A stretch of 64,000 nucleotides of DNA from Malacoraja senta. Taxonomy: Eukaryota. A program made the position numbers and the translations under genes. The DNA is taken from positions 7,938,001 through 8,002,000 of the forward strand of contig CM075991.1 of the NCBI GenBank assembly GCA_038087875.1, in the 5' to 3' direction. Shown piece by piece: positions 60,750 through 64,000 of this stretch. The notes under the pieces are model-generated. The model worked only from the letters and a program-made list of their open reading frames with translations, was not told the origin of the DNA and searched no databases. How positions within the stretch are numbered: position 1 is the first letter of the stretch; each line of letters opens with the position of its first letter.

Positions 60750-62254
60750 TTCTGGTCATCGCCAAACTTTCGAAAAATTTCGCCGACAGTGGGTTTGACG
60801 CCAATGAGTGTAGCTTGAACTACTCCTGACGTAGGTGCTGTCGTAGGTTGTCGCCAGGATGACGTAGGTCGTCGCCGTTTTTTCGGCGACCTGCTACGAC
60901 TATGACAGTCGCCTAAAAAATCGCCAAGTGGGACAGGCCAATAAAGTGCTCGGTATGAAATAAAATGAGAACACTTTTTGGATTGAGAAATAAAGCTGTC
61001 AACACAGAGGTGAGAAAAAAAAACACATTAGTTGCTGTTTCAGCAACGAGACTTTGCACAATGCTGACAATGAGCATCTAACCTGAACACTAACCCTTGC
61101 CTTCACCTGTCAAATATATCCCTTAACGTCTTCACTTGCACAATGCAATCTCGCTGTTTTTGTTCCTCCTTCCAAACGCTTAATTGCCTAATCGGGTTAG
61201 TATTTCCATTTAGTCCTCAGCACCACTGATAATTGCCTGAGCACACACTGCAGTAAACCGGCGGGAATTGATCGATGGTCTTTTACCCGATCGCTCCATC
61301 AGCGAGATTGCTTTTGGAGAATTAGCCAAATTCCGCAACTTGCCGCTCATTAAGGGCCCGGTTAGCTGCGCAACAAGTGACCCATTTGCAGCTCACATCT
61401 AATGGAGCCTCTGGTTTTTGTGCCACGCTAACACGCTGCAGTCTGACAGATAGCATGCTGAGTCAATGCACAAACACTCGCCCGGCCACCAAACATTAAA
61501 GGGAGGTTATTCATTACGGTCCTCTCAGAGTACGGCGCAGTGGCGCAGTGGTAGACATGCAGCGGATTCCAGGCACCCAACGCCCTCTGTGAAAATGTGT
61601 AGCAAGGAACTGCAGATGCTGCTTTACCGCAGATAGACACAAACTGCTGGAGTAACTCTGCGGGACAGGCAGCATCTCTGGAGATAAGGAATGGATGAAG
61701 TTTCGGGACTGACGAAGGTTCTCGACACCTACACCTACGCCAGGATCAATTTATTGTACTTTTTTTTTACAATGCCCATTGACCGACAAACCTGAACGTC
61801 TTTGGAGTGTGGGAGGACACTAGGAACTGAAGATGCTGGTTTACAAAAGAGACACAAATTGCTGGAGTAACTCATCGAGTCAGGCAGCATCTCTGTACAA
61901 AATGGATAGGTGATGTTTCGGGTGAAGAAGAAGAAGTTCCTGCAGTTCCTTGCGTCTCCCAAAATCAAAACTCAGGCTAACTTAGGGGGTAAAGCTCAGT
62001 TAAATATCCACCCACCGACCTCCACCCCATCTCCTTGCCCCTATCCCACGGAGATTGAAATTGGCTTGAGTTGTGTCTCTACCTCAGCGTTCTTTGCAGG
62101 ACCCCTGTTTGAAAGAGATCAACTCTCCACCTGACTGCATGGATCCAAACCTTGTTTGAATATTTTCACAGGTCAACAGAGGTAATGAAATACCTGAGAA
62201 CATCTCCAAGGGTTTGGTGTGGGGTTATGGTGCTAATTGTACAGTTTGTAGATT

Positions 62255-62597
62255 AGTTTAGTTTGCTTTGGTTAGTTTAGGTTAGTTTGTTGTAGTTTAG
62301 TTTAGTTTAGACATACAGCATGGACTCAGGCCCTTCAACCCACCGAGTTCACATCGACCATCGATCACCCATTTACACTGGTTCTCTGTTATCCCACTTT
62401 CCCATCCGCTTTCCACACATTAGGGACAATTTTAATTAGAGGGCAATTCATGTAAAGGTGTGTCTTTGGGATGTGGGAGGAAACCGGAGCATCCGGAGGA
62501 CACCCATGTGGTCACGGGGAGAACGTGCAAACTCGACTCAGACAGCTCCCGAGGTCAGGATCGAACCTGGGTCTCTGGCATTGTAAGGGAGCGGCTC
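62255..62597 (-). mobile_element. HE1/V-SINE (head interrupted by the GC-rich retroposon)
   Basis: (AGTTT)n tail, V-domain, B box ggatcgaacctgggtctctggc. Confidence 0.8.
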
Positions 62598-63349
62598 TCT
62601 TTTTAGTTTATTGGGTTGTGTATGTGTGGGGTGGGGTGGGGGGGGTGAAACATGATTTTTGTCTCTTCCTTCGGGGGGAATGCGACTTTTTCTTGTCGTA
62701 TCCCCCTTCTCTGCCTCCGTCTGCGCTGAGGCGTAATGGCGGAGCTGGCGGCCTCCAACTGCGACCGACCGACCTCGAGGCTCCGGAGGCAGAGCCAGCC
62801 AGGACTTACCAACGCGAGGCTGGCTGGCTTCGGGGCTGCGGTGGCGTTCCGGCGTTCCGGCGGTGGCAACCAAAGACACTGGTGGCGACCTGAGTCCGGA
62901 GGCTCGGCCGCGGCTGGCCCAGTGGACGACATTGTCGGGAGCTCGCAGGTCACAGGTGGGTGACCTGTTTTTCTGGAGCTCCCGCAACTACAGCTGCGTC
63001 CGCTGGACTGGAGGGCGGCAGCTTCGGCCACCCCGGGCCGCGGGGTTTGAACCGGCCCGTCGCGGAGCTCAGATTCAGCCGCGGGACTGACTTACCCAGC
63101 GGGGTCACAACATCAGAAGCCTGGATCGCCTCAGCGCAGAGGAAGAACAAAGAGGGAAGAGACAGAGACTTTAAGACTTTTGCCTCCATCACAGTGAGGA
63201 GGTGCCTGGTGAACTCACTGTGGTGGATGTTAATTTGTGTTTATTGTGTGTTTTGTTATTTATTATTATATGTATGACTGCAGGCAACGAAGTTTCGTTC
63301 AGACCGAAAGGTCTGAATGACAAATAAAGGAATCTAATCTAATCTAATC
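62598..63349 (+). mobile_element. Unclassified GC-rich retroposon, near full length, (AATCT)n tail
   Basis: 3' ~300 bp nearly identical to 34396-34700; internal inverted repeats tctgcgctgaggcg / cgcctcagcgcaga and tgtctcttcc / ggaagagaca. Confidence 0.65.
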
Positions 63350-63441
63350 TTCCAGCATTGCCGCGCCTCGTAGCAGGAACCTACCTGCTGTTCTTTCTGT
63401 TCCTACTCCCACTCTGATGCCTTGTTACTGTTCTTCCTCAG

Positions 63442-63657
63442 CAGGGGCAAACACTGGAGAACTCCAGGCCGCGTCCACACCTGTCGAGACCCTTCCCCGC
63501 TTCCAGGTTGAGCCAGAGAATTCCTACATTGTGAAGAACAATCCCATTAAGCTCCGCTGCAAGGCAATGCCTGCCATGCAGATTTTCTTCAAGTGCAACG
63601 GAGACTGGGTGCATCAGGATGAACACATGCTGGAGGAAGACGTGGATGAAAACACAG
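63442..63657 (+). CDS. UNC5D: Internal coding exon (probably exon 2) of an UNC5-family netrin receptor, start of the first Ig domain; most like UNC5D
   Basis: Translation (A)[72 protein letters not shown] matches the UNC5 Ig1 motif LPxFxxEPxxxYIxKxxPxxLxCxAxPAxQIxFKCNGxWVxQxxH. The [13 protein letters not shown] string is what I recall for UNC5D. A polypyrimidine tract and CAGCAG acceptor lie at 63439-63444 and a G|GTAAGT donor at 63657/63658; both ends are phase 1. Family is high confidence; paralog assignment is from memory. Confidence 0.88.
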
Positions 63658-63701
63658 GTAAGTCACCTTCCTTCTGGGATCCCCGCATACGGACAGTGCC
63701 T

Positions 63702-64000
63702 AGAGTCATAGAGTCATACAAGCAGGCCCTTCAGCCCGACTTGCCCACACCAGCCAACATGTCCCATCTACACCTGCCTGCATTTGGCCCATACCCCTCT
63801 AAACAATCCTATCCATGTACCTTTCTGAATGTTTCTTAAACGTTGCCTCAACTACCTCCTCTGGCAGCTAGTTCCATTCACCCACCACCCTTTGTGTGAA
63901 AAAGTTACCCTTCAGGGTCCTATTAAATCTTTCTCCCCTCACCTTAAACCCATGTCCACTGGTTCTCGATTCCCCAACTGTGGGCAAGAGAGTCTGTGCG
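63702..64000 (-). mobile_element. CR1 3' end with (ATGACTCT)n-type tail
   Basis: agagtcatagagtcata tail, caggcccttcagccc and ctacctcctctggcagc..ttcca CR1 motifs. Confidence 0.75.

Larger units (their letters stand above)
59806..60941. mobile_element. PIF/Harbinger-type MITE carrying a nested CR1 and a hammerhead hairpin
   Basis: TAA|TGGGCCTGTCCCACTTAGGCGATTTTTTAGGC ... GCCTAAAAAATCGCCAAGTGGGACAGGCCAA|TAA. Confidence 0.88.

Noticed and set aside
63417..63839. 140-aa ORF as a complete single-exon gene
   Set aside because: Only 63442/5-63657 resembles UNC5; the ATG lies in the polypyrimidine tract and the part after the GTAAGT donor runs into a CR1 tail.

Overview
Vertebrate, repeat-dense genomic DNA. 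The repeat content (HE1-type tRNA/V-domain SINEs with (AAACT)n tails, HER1/CR1 LINE 3' ends) points to a cartilaginous fish, probably a skate or ray (inference). The only host protein-coding sequence I can support is one + strand internal exon at 63442/63445-63657, encoding the first Ig domain of an UNC5 netrin receptor (best match from memory UNC5D). The preceding ~63 kb is therefore most likely one large intron, with a 200-N gap at 45098-45297. It is filled with CR1, Rex1/Babar, L1/Tx1 and Vingi-like LINE fragments, SINEs, several PIF/Harbinger-type MITE families sharing a CTGTCCCAC terminal core, single hAT, Tc1/mariner and Helitron non-autonomous elements, and an unclassified GC-rich retroposon. 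The most interesting signal is a ~100-350 bp element present at roughly 40+ loci (count by eye). It carries a minimal hammerhead-ribozyme core (CUGANGA-A-stem II-GAAA-CGU-H) and derives from the terminal repeat of a Penelope-like (GIY-YIG) retroelement. It inserts on its own with 9-16 bp target-site duplications, as monomers, inverted hairpins and a 140-bp tandem dimer, i.e. it behaves like a retrozyme-style non-autonomous element. Repeat boundaries were read by eye and are approximate unless TIR/TSD coordinates are given.
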